Made by a program: the position numbers and the translations under genes
Shown here: positions 41,035 through 52,805 of the stretch, piece after piece
Numbering within the stretch: the stretch's first letter is position 1
Layout: every line of letters begins with the position of its first letter
Assembly (NCBI RefSeq): GCF_009914755.1
Contig: NC_060937.1
DNA from: the human T2T-CHM13v2.0 reference genome, Homo sapiens
DNA length: 64,000 nt
Reading direction: 5' to 3' (one strand)
The notes under the pieces: generated by a model
What the model saw: only the letters and a program-made list of their open reading frames with translations
Told to the model about the DNA's origin: nothing
Database searches by the model: none

Positions 41035-41433
41035 TTTTTTTTTTATTATACTTTAAGTTTTAGGGTACATGTGCACAACGTGCAGGTTAGTTACATATGT
41101 ATACATGTGCCATGTTGGTGTGCTGCACCCATTAACTCGTCATTTAACATTAGGTATATCTCCTAATGCTATCCCTCCCCACTCTCCCCACCCCACAACA
41201 GGCCCCAGTGTGTGATGTTCCCCTACCTGTGTCCATGTGTTCTCGTTGTTCAATTCCCACCTATGAGTGAGAACATGCAGTGTTTGGTTTTTTGTCCTTG
41301 TGATAGTTTGCTGAGAATGATGGTTTCCAGCTTCATCCATGTTCCTGCAAAGGACATGAACTCATCATTTTTTATGGCTGCATAGTATTCCATGATGTAT
41401 ATGTGCCACATTTTCTCAATCCAGTCTATCATT
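41035..41433 (-). mobile_element. Young 5'-truncated L1PA3/4-like 3' end, ~400 bp
   Basis: ttattatactttaagttttagggtacatgtgcacaacgtgcaggttagttac. ORF2 C-terminus MWHIYIMEYYAAIKNDEFMSF. TSD ggaagaa at 41028-41034 and 41435-41441. Confidence 0.95.
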
Positions 41434-41907
41434 GGGAAGAACTGACATCTTTATTATATTGTGTCTTTCAGTTCACAAAAATGGAATGCCACTTGCTTTA
41501 CTTAGGTATTCTTTGAAGTCTTTCATTAGTGTATTTCAGCATACAAATCATGCATATATTTGTGAGATTTTTCCATAAATGTATGTTTTTGGTGCCATTA
41601 TAAATAATAACCTTTAAATTTTATTTTAATGTACAATTTTTATTTCCAGTATTTGTCAATCAAAATGGCTTTTCTGTATATAAATATACAGGAGTTTGCT
41701 AAGCTCATTTACAGGTTATATTAAATTTTGGGTAGGTTCTTTAGGATTTTAAGAGAAACAGTATGGTAATTGTAAACAGAGAGTTTTAGCTCTTCATGTC
41801 CAATGTTGTATGTCTTTTTATTTATTTTAGTGCATTATTAATAAACTAAGAATTCCAAGGTCTTTCTAAATAGAAGTGATTAAAAAACATGTCTTAATTT
41901 ATTCCCA

Positions 41908-42045
41908 GTATTATAAAAATTCCACAGACTAGGTAATTTATAAACAACAGAAATTTACATCTTACATCTCTGGAGCCTCATAAATCTGCATTCAATGGCA
42001 GATGTAGTTTCTAGGGAAGGCTCACTCTCTGCTTCCAAGATGGCT
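41908..42045 (-). mobile_element. MaLR LTR fragment (MST/MLT1A-like)
   Basis: cacagactaggtaatttataaacaacagaaattta…ctctctgcttccaagatggc. Confidence 0.72.
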
Positions 42046-42052
42046 TTCAAGA

Positions 42053-43325
42053 TGGTTATTTTCTTATTATTGAATTATTTGAGATTTTTATAGATTGTAG
42101 ATATTAACCTCTTATCAAATGTATGGTTTGTAAAATTTTTCTCCCAATCCATGCCTTGTCTCTTCAGTGTGTTAATTGTTGAATTTGCTGTGCAGAAGCT
42201 CTATCATGTAATCCCATTTACATGTACGTTTTTGCTTTTGTTGCCTGTGTTTTTGGGGTCATTTCCAAGAAATCATTGCCAATATTAATGTCATGAAGTT
42301 TTCTCATATGTTTTATTTTATTGGTTTTACAGTTTGGGGTCTAATATTTAATTATTTTGAACATCTTGAGTTGATTTTTGTATATATTATAGGATAAGAA
42401 TTCAATTTCATAGTTACAAATGTAGATATCCAATTCTCCCTGCACCATTTATTGAAGAGATGTCAATGGCTATTATCAAGAAGAAGAAAGATGACAAGTG
42501 TTGGTTAGGACATGCAGAAAGGGAAATATTCTTACACACTTGATGAAAATGTACACTAATACAGGAATTATGGAAAAGAGTATAAAAATTCCTCAAAAAA
42601 ACTAGAGCTACTTTATAATCCACTGATCCTGCTAGTGGGTATATATCCAAGGAATTGAAATCAGTATGTCAAAGAGATATATGCACTCTCATGTTCTTCG
42701 CAACATTATTCACAATAGACAAGACATAAAATTAACATAAGTGTTCACCAGTAGATGAATGATTAAAGCAAATATAGTACCTACACAAAAGAGAAGAAGA
42801 TTCAGCCTTTAAAGGAAATTCTGTCATTTGCAAGAACATGGATGAAACTAGATGATATTATGCTAAAAAAAATAAGCAAGACATAGAAAGACAAATAGCT
42901 CATGTGGATTTCACTTATAAACAGAATCTAGAAAAGGTGAATTCCTAGAAGTAGAAAGTAAAATGGTTATGACTAGAGGCTGTGGAGTGGAGACAGTGAA
43001 TGGGAAGAATGGAGATGTTGGCTACAGGGTACAAAGCTTTAGTTAGACAAAAGGAATAAATGGTAGCAATCCATTTTGCAAATGTTAACAATATTTAATT
43101 ATAATATGTTGTATATTTCAAAATTCCTAAAAGGGTAGATTTTAAATTTTCTCACCTCAAATAAAAAATAAAAAATATTTGACAAGATAAATGCGTTAGC
43201 TTGATTTAGTCTTTCCACAATGTACACTTCTGTCTTAACATCATATTGTACCCCATAAACGTACACAGTTATTATGTGTCAATTAGAAATAAAATGAAAA
43301 ATATTTTTAAAAATCAAAAAAAGAA
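42053..43325 (+). mobile_element. L1MA (MA7-9-like) with conventional 5' inversion: 42053-42460 (-), 42465-43325 (+)
   Basis: Junction atttattgaagaga|tgtc|aatggctattatcaag. Sense 3' UTR ends …tatgtgtcaattagaaataaaa. Confidence 0.82.
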
Positions 43326-43936
43326 AATCCAAAACCTGGAAAGAAACTTATTACAAGTGTATCCATCACTTTGTAGAAATTCATTGAACTACACTCATTC
43401 GTTATGTTACTTTTCTGTATGTTTATTAAATTCCAAGGAAAAGTATTTTAAAATTCTAAAAATTGGCTTTAAAAATTGTATTCATCATTTATTAGTCAGC
43501 TCCTACCTTTATATAATATTATGCCTGCTGTATATGTGGCACAATGGCTTTAAAACTGTGCACTTTTAATTCAGTTCTTCCTTTCTTTATACTCTTATTG
43601 TCATACATTTTATTTTTATACATACTATAAACACACAACATGATCCTGTTAATTTTGTTTGAAATATTCAGTAACCTTTTAGAGAAATCAAAATAGAGAA
43701 ATTAAATTTTTATATATACTTGGGTGTTTTATATTTTCAGTGCTCATTATTTGGGTAGATCCAAACTTCTATCTTACATTAATTGTGGAAAAACTTGGAA
43801 TATTATTTCTTTAAATATTTCTTCTGACCCATTCTCTTTCTTTTTATTCTGGGACTCCAGTTATGCATATGTTAGTCTGTCTGATAATATCCTGCAGCTC
43901 TTTACATTCTATTTTTTTCATTTTTTTTTTAAATTG

Positions 43937-44213
43937 TGCTGGTTGTGGTGGCTCACACCTGTAATCCAAGCACTTTTGGAGGCCAAGGCAGTGGATAGCT
44001 TGAGCTCAGCAGTTCAAGACCAGCCTTGGCAACATGGCAAAACCCCATCTCTACAAGACAAAAAAAAAAAAAGTCATGGTAGTGCACCTTTGGTCCCAAC
44101 TACTCAGGAGGATCTCTTGAGCCCAAGAAGTCAAGGCTTCAATGAACCAAGATCAGGCCACAGCACTCCAGCTTGGGTGACAGAAGGAGAGCTGTCTCAA
44201 TTTTTTAAAAAAA
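43937..44213 (+). mobile_element. AluJ, diverged, with internal deletions
   Basis: ggatagcttgagctcagcagttcaagacc and cttgagcccaagaagtcaaggcttcaatgaa are J-type diagnostics. Confidence 0.9.
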
Positions 44214-45042
44214 TCCTTTATTTTTGGATGATTCCTGTTAACATTTACACTAATCACTAATTGTTTTCTCAACTGTGTGAAGTCAATAAATGTGTCATGT
44301 TAGTGTGCTTTTTTATTATCCACATTTTCACTTGATTCTTAGTTATTATAGCCATCTTTCTCCTGTAATCATTTATCTTACATGTAATCCACCTTTCCCA
44401 TTATATACTTTAATAATACTTTAAAATGTATTTTCCAACGTATGTGTTACAGGTGAGTCTGCTTCTATTAATTACATCACTTGTTGACAATGTATTTTTA
44501 TGCTCTTTTGATATCCCTTAATTTTATATTAGTATTTAAAACTAGATGAATAAGAAAAAAAGAGGTTGAGGTAGTTTACAAGTGTAGAAATGATCAACAT
44601 TTTCCCTGTAGACTATCTCAACCTGTGAATTTTGGATTTGTAGTTGTTATTATTGTTACCCTCAGGTACCATAAAATTGAATAGTGTTATCTAGTGTCCC
44701 TTTTGTTTATATTGAAGGCCTAGTTGCTAAAATAAGTTTTAATGTCTATTCCACCCTTCATTATCACCAGTAACACTTGCACTATATTTTATTATTTCAA
44801 ACTTTTGCTGAATTCTTCTTAAATACTGCTTGACAGAATTAGCTCCAGGTAAGCAAGTACTTGCATTTTATTTCATCTTGCAGGTATCTAGTTTTTCTTA
44901 TATCAGGTTTGTCGATTGCCCTGTCATCTTGGCTCCTCTGATCAGTTAAGAAGTTATGAATCTGCAGAATGTCTAAAGTTTGTTGCTGTTGTTGCAGTTA
45001 GGGTGGAATCACTTCCATCACTGTTCAAAGTTTCTCTGTATG

Positions 45043-45345
45043 TGATATGGTTAGGCTTTGTGTCCCCACCCAAATCTCCTCTGAATTGTAATCCCCATAA
45101 TCCCCATGTGTCAAGGTAGAGACCAAGTAGAGGTAATTGAATCATGGGGGGCGATTTCCCCCATGCTGTTCTCATGATGTTGAGTGAGTTCCCATGAGAT
45201 CTGATGGTTTATAAGGGGCGCTTCTACCTTCTCTAGGCACTTCTCCTTCCTACCTCCTTGTGAAGAAAATGCCTTGCTTCCCCTTCACTTTCCACCATGA
45301 TTGTGAGTTTCCTGAGGCCTTCCCAGCCACGCTGAACTGTGGGTC

Positions 45346-45400
<55 letters not shown>

Positions 45401-45482
45401 TAAAATAATAATATATAAATTCCTTTGTACATTACCCAGTCTCAGGCAGTTCTTTATGGCAGTATGAAAATAAACTAATACA
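45043..45482 (+). mobile_element. THE1D-like solo LTR containing a (TA)n expansion
   Basis: tgatatggttaggctttgtgtccccacccaaatctc…cccagtctcaggcagttctttatggcagt…actaataca. TSD weak (GTATG/ATATC). Confidence 0.9.
45349..45390. repeat. (TA)21 microsatellite
   Basis: Read directly from the sequence. Confidence 0.95.
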
Positions 45483-47229
45483 ATATCCTAAGTGGAAGTC
45501 AGAAATTAATATGTATTATTTTGATAAAACTTAAAGGGTTTTCCAAGAAGATATCTATAAAAAGAATTGCCTTTACTTTTAGCTACTTGTGCTTAATTTG
45601 AAGCAATGGAAGCTTATATTGTTTTTAAATCTTCAGTTTACATGGTAGATATAGAAAAACTAGTTTTCTTTCTTCATGTTACAATCTTCCTTTGTAAATT
45701 TTTTTATTAAATTGCTTGATACATTCCATAAAGTGGAGCAAGTACAAGGTAATCTTATTGATTACACAACAATATAAAAATAAACTTACAAACATCTTTA
45801 TATAAATAATTCTGGTTTTTAAATATTCAATATATAAAGCCTGAGATCATTCAATATCCAAGCCTTCACCTCATTTTTCTTCTGAAAACATAAAACCTAA
45901 GAATTAAGGATCAGGTAATAAAATTGTAGCACAAATAATGACATGTTTTTAACATGTCATTTTTATCAGAGGCATCAGTTTTTAATCTTTGCAGATAATT
46001 TAAAATTAGATAATATAATCTCTTAAATATCTTTATAATTTGGGAAATATGTTTTCCAAGCACAGGAAAGTTAATAAATTTTATTCTTCTTCATCCACAT
46101 TTATCCTGATAAAATGCTGTCTTACAGTTAGTGTTACTAATAATAGACTGTGTGTTCTAATGTTTCTCCCCTAGAGGTAAAGAGAAAAAGAGTTAGTCTA
46201 TTGTTAATATAATATCTTTGATTATATGTGTGCTATTCTTCACCATTAGTTAAAACATTATTGGTTTAACCTCAACAGAGATTTTCACTTTTTTAAGAGT
46301 AGTGATGACTTCTTCTGAAACTGCATTTTGCATGATTTACATTAATAACACTAAGCCACAGAATAAGGATATAGTGCATATGCATAGGGATATAGTGTTT
46401 TGAATTATTAATACACTATTTTCATACAAACAAGATAACCCTATGGGTGAATTACATTTTTATGTAAGCCTTAAGTTTTTCTTTTTAAAATTGTTATCAG
46501 TGCCATTCAGTATAAATAGTTAAAACATTTTCTTTTATAAACCTTTGAAGGAATAAATATTCTGCACATTTACCCTGTATCCTCTTAAAGCAAAATAGTA
46601 CTCACTTTTTAAATTTAAATTCCAAAAGAAACAAATATAGTCTCATATTTTCAGTTCTATATAATAAATTATGTTAAATTTATCATATGAGAAGGGATAC
46701 AAAATTATACAAATATGCTCATGGAACATTTATTGTTCAAAATTCCACTATGATGACTTCTGTAAATTACATAGAACTTTTCTGATTAGGCATAACCAAC
46801 TGATTCTAATTTATGAAATTCTCTTAAACTTAACAGATACATGTTTTAAATGTACTTCACTAGACTTATCAGTCTGAAAATTGCCAAATAACACTTCATT
46901 CTTGAAATTAAACCCAGTGGTTCTTCTTTACATTAAAACAAAAAACAGTCTATAATATCTATACTTTGAAATGGTCACAGTCTTAAAAGTTAGATCACAA
47001 TGAGTGGTCACAATTTGGGAATGCTGACAAAATGTTAGTTTTTAATTTTAAGGCATTAAATTCATGTATTTGAATCTATTTCAAAGAAGCAAAACAAAAT
47101 AAAAACATTAACTACATATTCTAACATCTCTTCATAAATGTTGTAATTAATTCAGCTTAGCTTAAAAATTTAAACTCGCACAAACTCATAAACTAAAGGA
47201 AACACAGGTATTCAATTATAAAAATTATA

Positions 47230-48560
47230 TTAAATGAGAGAAAAGCCTATGTCCACAGCCTGAAAAATGAAGTGTCAGAAATAGCATCAAGCACAGGGCA
47301 AAAATATAAAGCTCTCAAACTCTAGAATGAGAGGCTAAAAAGTTGTCCAATAAATTCAGCAGACAAAATAGGACAAGTGTAGAATGCCAATAATTAAACA
47401 ACAGAACCCATTTGTGACAGATTAAAATGTCTCAATAAATTTCAAACTGAATTTATTAGAAAATATATGTTCCTAGGAGTAAATTATAAAATTGGTGATC
47501 TCAAAGGAAAACAAAAAACAAAAAACATTAGTCTTATAAGCTTCCAGGCAGAATGTACAAGTCACAAACAATGAAAATAATATAAGCATTGAATTTCTCT
47601 TTCTTCACTCTTGATGTAAGAATATATAGGCTAAAGAAAAACTAGGACCACAACCTTTAAATGATGAAATCAGCCAAAGGGAGGATATCTTGAGGATACA
47701 CAAGAGATTGGAGAGCTTATTTTCTATGAACTACATCATATCCCAATTTGGGGAAAAAAATTACACTCGAAAATAATTTTAAAAATTTAAAACAACACAA
47801 TAGTTACAAGTTGGAGATAGATGATGAATTGAGAAGGGTATAGTTAGCAATGAAGCTTTGATACATATTTAAAAACACATTGCATTACGTATATATAAAA
47901 GTAATTGAAATGAAATATGTATTTTAATCACATTTATATATAATGAAATACATATTTGAATACATATCTATCAATTTATTTTATATATAATTAAAATGGA
48001 TTAGGAAAAACGATGAAGTTTTAATATATGTTCTAAATAAGAGCTCAAAAAAGAAGACAACTATTCCCTAAAGGAAAGTCATACAAGTACTAATGAATCT
48101 TAACAAACCCCAATTAGGATAGGAAGTTGAAAATGTAGCATGACTAACAAAACTACAAAGAAAAAAATTTAATTATAACAGTTATTATACTAAAGAGAAA
48201 TTCATTAATGTCCTCCACTAAATTAGAGGCTATTGTGTTAGCTTAAAAAAATAGAATGTTGACAATATTCCAATTATAAGAAGCACACACTGGTTTAAAA
48301 TAATAAGAAATGTTTAAGAATTATGATAAACAACTAGAATGTTAGTTACTACAATAAATAATAAATGAGAAGTAACCATATTAATGTAGGGTCTAATTTA
48401 ACATTAATGAATGTAAAGAATTAAAAGACAATTTTACACAGTCTATACAATATCTGGCATGAACCAAATGATATGACAGTTAAATACATAAAGGAATTTA
48501 TAACTTAATATGTAATTTTTGGATTGTTTTTCCTGGGAAAATTCAATAATCACAAAAATA
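47230..48560 (+). mobile_element. Ancient A-rich L1M/HAL1-like relic (ORF1-like region)
   Basis: A-rich strand bias and agtcttataagcttccaggcagaa…caagtcaca. Very diverged. Confidence 0.4.
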
Positions 48561-48614
48561 GACAGATTCAGTATCTATCTATCTATCTATAGAAGTAAAT
48601 ATGAACACAAAATC

Positions 48615-49175
48615 ATTATTGTAAGGACCTTATATTTTTGTTGGGGAAACAATAAATGATAAACAAAATCTATAAATATATTACTTAATGTACTTAATAT
48701 TGTATTCCAAATGGAGATATGAAGCCTACATACTTATTAAACATGTAAATAAATAAATTATACTATGCAAAAATAAAATAAAAGTACAAGCAAGTAAGGG
48801 GGACCAAAGTACCAGAGTGGGTGGCAATTTCAAATATGGTGTTTCAGACTAGGTTTCTTTGGAAAAGTGACAAGTGACCAAAGACTTGGAGAAATACGGA
48901 AGCTAACCACAAAAATATCCAGTGGAAGAACTTCTGATGCAGAGGAAACAGCCAATGACAATTTGAATGAAGGAAGTAGGTCAGAAGGAAATAAATGAAG
49001 GATGAGATGAGAAAGGAAACTAGAGGATAATCTATAGGGCTTTACAAGGCTTGAGGGAAGCTAACTACAGAATAAATAGTAGCAGCCTGTGGGCAGTAAT
49101 AAGAACTTTGCCTTTGACTGAGTAAAATGGAGAGTTATTATAAAGTTGTAAGCAAAAAAGAGAATTATGTAATAT
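48615..49175 (-). mobile_element. L2 fragment
   Basis: ggaaaagtgacaagtgaccaaagacttggag…gatgcagaggaaacagccaatg…aataagaactttgcctttgactgagtaaaatgg. Confidence 0.72.
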
Positions 49176-49838
49176 AGAATAAAAGTACTTTTTACATATT
49201 GTTTTAAACTGGTTTTGGGTATGGAATAAAATTTATAACTGAGTTCACTAGCAAATAAACAAAGGAAAAACATTTAATATTTTAATAATATATTATACAT
49301 TATTAAGGCAAAGAAGGCAAAGATGAAACTTCAGTATAAATATAGAAAAACTTTATATTTATTTTTTCTTTCATAAAGACTTGTTTTATGTAAGTAGACT
49401 GTTTTCCTAGCCAACCCATCACCCCAAATCCCCCCAAAAATATTCCTTGTTATAACTGTAAGCCTAAAGATATATGCTCTATAATATTTAACTTTGTGTG
49501 CATTTAATTTAAAAAATCCTTTTAAACAATACATTTTCAGAATTAATAAAATGTATTACACTTCATTCATAGTAAATGAAAACAAATCCAAGAAATATAC
49601 TTTCTCCTGCATATCAGTTTTAATTAAAATATTTACATGACTTATAATTCGTAAAATTTGTTTCAAAATGCTCTGTACAACATTAGTGTGTTATTTCATT
49701 GATTCATTAATTCTGAAAAAAGTAATATTTATTTTAATCATTCAATATATATTTTATTTTCCAATCCTAGCAATCATATTATAGGAAGATATTTTGCAGA
49801 TGTGAAAACTTGAGTAACATATTGAGGCCACCTTGTTC

Positions 49839-50289
49839 TGAGGTAGGAGACTCCAGGTGGGGCTTGGACACTGGATTAAATTAAGAACAAACTAAAACAG
49901 GGCCAGGGTGGAAGTGGCTTTCCATTGGACATGCTCACCAATGTGCCATGTTAGTTTACCATTGCCACTCGGGTTAAAATTCAGGAGTATCCCCCTCTTT
50001 TCATGGCAATGGCTCAAGGACTCAAAAGTTACTACCCTGTCCCTAGAAATTTCTGCATAAACCGCCTCTTAATCTGCATGTTATTAAAAGTGGGTATACA
50101 TGTGACTGCAAAACTGCCCTGAGCTGCTTCTCTCTGCCTACTGGGTAGCCCTGCTCTGCAGGAGCAGTCATGTACTGCCTCTTCAAGAATGCTGTTTTCT
50201 TCTATCCAACTCTAGCTTGCCCTTTAATTCTTTCCTGGGCAAACCCAAGAACCTTCCAATGCACTGTGGGACTGGCCTGCCCTGCATCA
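49839..50289 (+). mobile_element. ERV1 solo LTR (MER66-like), 451 bp
   Basis: TGAGGTAGGAG…CCCTGCATCA with TG…CA termini. 4-bp TSD GTTC/GCTC (one mismatch). Contains gtttaccattgcca and ctagaaatttctgcataa. Confidence 0.8.
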
Positions 50290-52689
50290 GCTCTATGTAG
50301 CAAAACTGAGATTCATAAGTTTCTTTCTCTTAAACCACACCTAAGCACAGATTACATTGTTAATGCAGTGATGAAACAGAAAAACATGATTCCCACTACC
50401 CCTAGAAGAATTTTAAGTATTTCTCCTTTTAAAGTAAATGTCAATCTTACACTATTTCCTCGTTTCCTCTTAAACTTTCTTTGAGGTGTATGAGTTCATA
50501 CGGAACTCTTTAAGGTTGTCAGAATTGTTAATCCAATGCCAAATTAAACTTGAATCTGAAAGTTTCTGTTTTCTTGATTGAATTAAATGCAGAGTGCTCA
50601 TGTATATGCACAAACACTGGCATTCAGCAGAGCCCTCATTACCATGCTGCGAAGTGTGGATTCAAATTAGAGCTGCATGTTAGACAATGGCTTGCATAAG
50701 CTAAGGCTTGTTAAAACAATGTTAATGAGCCCCCATTGTACTGAGCAGTTGCACTTTCAGATCTTTCATATTTGTTCACATGAGGCCTGGGAAGATGCTG
50801 AACTGATCGTTGGAAACAGGGCTAGAAACTCTCTACAGAGTCACTAAGGTAGAGGGAATTAGAAAAATCAGAAACAAAGAGCCATATATAATATAGTTTA
50901 GGTTAAAAAATAGAGTTATATTAATTCCCCCATGTGTCAGAATTTTTTTCAGGCATGTTTAGAAAATCTGGCCAAGCAAAGCATACTCAAGATCCGTAAC
51001 CTCGCAGTTACTGTCGTTTGTATTTTCCAGTGTCATTTATACAGAACTTTCTAAGGCTTTTCTGATTTGTTTGCTTCTTCTACAATTATTTTCTTAACCA
51101 AGAATACTTTTTTATGAGGCCAGGTAAAATGTGTTCTTGGGAAAAAAAAATATTTTATAAAGAATGAAAATGATCTCGCTACTAGTTATTCTTAATGTTA
51201 CTTTGTGATCTACAATTAGAAGGAACGACTTGAAAAGAAATTTTAAAATTAGTATAGTCTGAGTATTTCTAGCAACTGCTAAATGATACATAATGAATCT
51301 CAATTTAGGAAACATTGTACTAAATATTAAACATGGACACTTTATGTGATCACCATGCCATAGACTAGAGGTAAAAACACAGACCTAAGCTCAAAAATAA
51401 AATGCACTTTGAAATACTGTTGACGTTATTTATTACATGAGCATCAGTGTTATCAAGATGATGCATTGTTCAGGATTATAGATACTAGAAATTTAACATT
51501 AATTTTAAAATATAATAATGATCTTATTAAATTGACAGACCTCACAGAGTATATTTTCAATCATCCTACTTTGGGAACAATTGTTTGAAGAGCCCTGACC
51601 TGCTGCCTTTAAAATACATCAATGCTTGTTCCACACTCAATGGACATCCATTGTAAATTACTCTGGACTGCATCAGAGGATATACATTTTTGACAAATAT
51701 GAATGAAAGCAGAACTAATATAATGATATAGGAAGTGGGAATTTCCCAGCTATTTAAGGAACAGGACAGAAATGATCTTCTGTGGATCGTGTACCTTCCA
51801 TGGAACATTATCCCTCCTATCTCTATTATATAGTTGTGAGAAATAAGACAGATCTAAATATATTCCAGAAATCATTAAGTGCTATAAAGTGTGAGAATGT
51901 CATACAGTCCACGGCATAAATTGATAGAGGAGGGATAGTTGAAACAGCACAAAGACAGTTGCTCATAGGAGAGGAATTATTTCTGTCATTACTGTTGCTG
52001 GCTATGAAGTCTTTGTGACCTTCATAATAAGCAGTGTCTAGGTAACATCGAATTACAGTCTGTCAATGGATCACGTTACTCTATCTCTTGCAGAATGTAT
52101 TTACTCACTATAATACTGGACTGGAGAGCAACACACCATTGTGTAAAAAATAAAAAACTCTTTTGTGAGAAGTAGATGTTCAGGATTTATTAATATCACA
52201 AATTTTAATGTTTCATCAACATCAAAGTTTGAGATATTCAACTGATACCAACCTCTTCTTTTTAAAAATTTAGCTATTAGACATAATCTTTGAAGTCATA
52301 AACATCTAAAAGTGCCAAAGCTAAGGTTAATCTCAGGATTATCAATAGGAATACAATTTTATAGTGTGAGTTGATCAGAATTTCTGAAGGTAAACAACAT
52401 TTTGAGTTTTACAAAGCACCTCATCTTACCCACTTTGGTGCTCTTGCCTTGTCCTCCCACTCTGCACAGAGCAGTGGTCTTTGCCCCTGTCTCAGGTGGG
52501 TAGCTTCTTTCTTCTATCAGGCCTCTACTTCTCACATAGGTCTTGGCCTTATTTGTATTCTAGTTCTCAAGCAGTCCTCCATCACATTATTCTTTCTTAT
52601 ATCCTACACATTTTCTTCAAGATATTTGTCAAAATTTTAATAAAACATTTACTTTATAGTTTTTCATTCACTGTTCAGTAAAACCACTA

Positions 52690-52805
52690 GTTGGTAATTT
52701 CCAAATCGATATGGGCATGTCTATTTTGTTCATTGTTACATAGTCGAGACCTAATCCTTTTCCTAGTACATGAGAGGAACTCGATGAATACATATGGAAT
52801 AAGAA
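52690..52805 (+). mobile_element. L2 3' end relic
   Basis: gggcatgtctattttgttcattgttac…cctagtacatgagaggaactcgatgaatacatatggaat. Confidence 0.55.

Noticed and set aside
42053-43325. Inverted L1MA junction
   Set aside because: Fits the standard twin-priming inversion-deletion pattern.
43724-44260. 178-aa ORF
   Set aside because: GTG start; read-through of antisense L1 relic and AluJ sequence.
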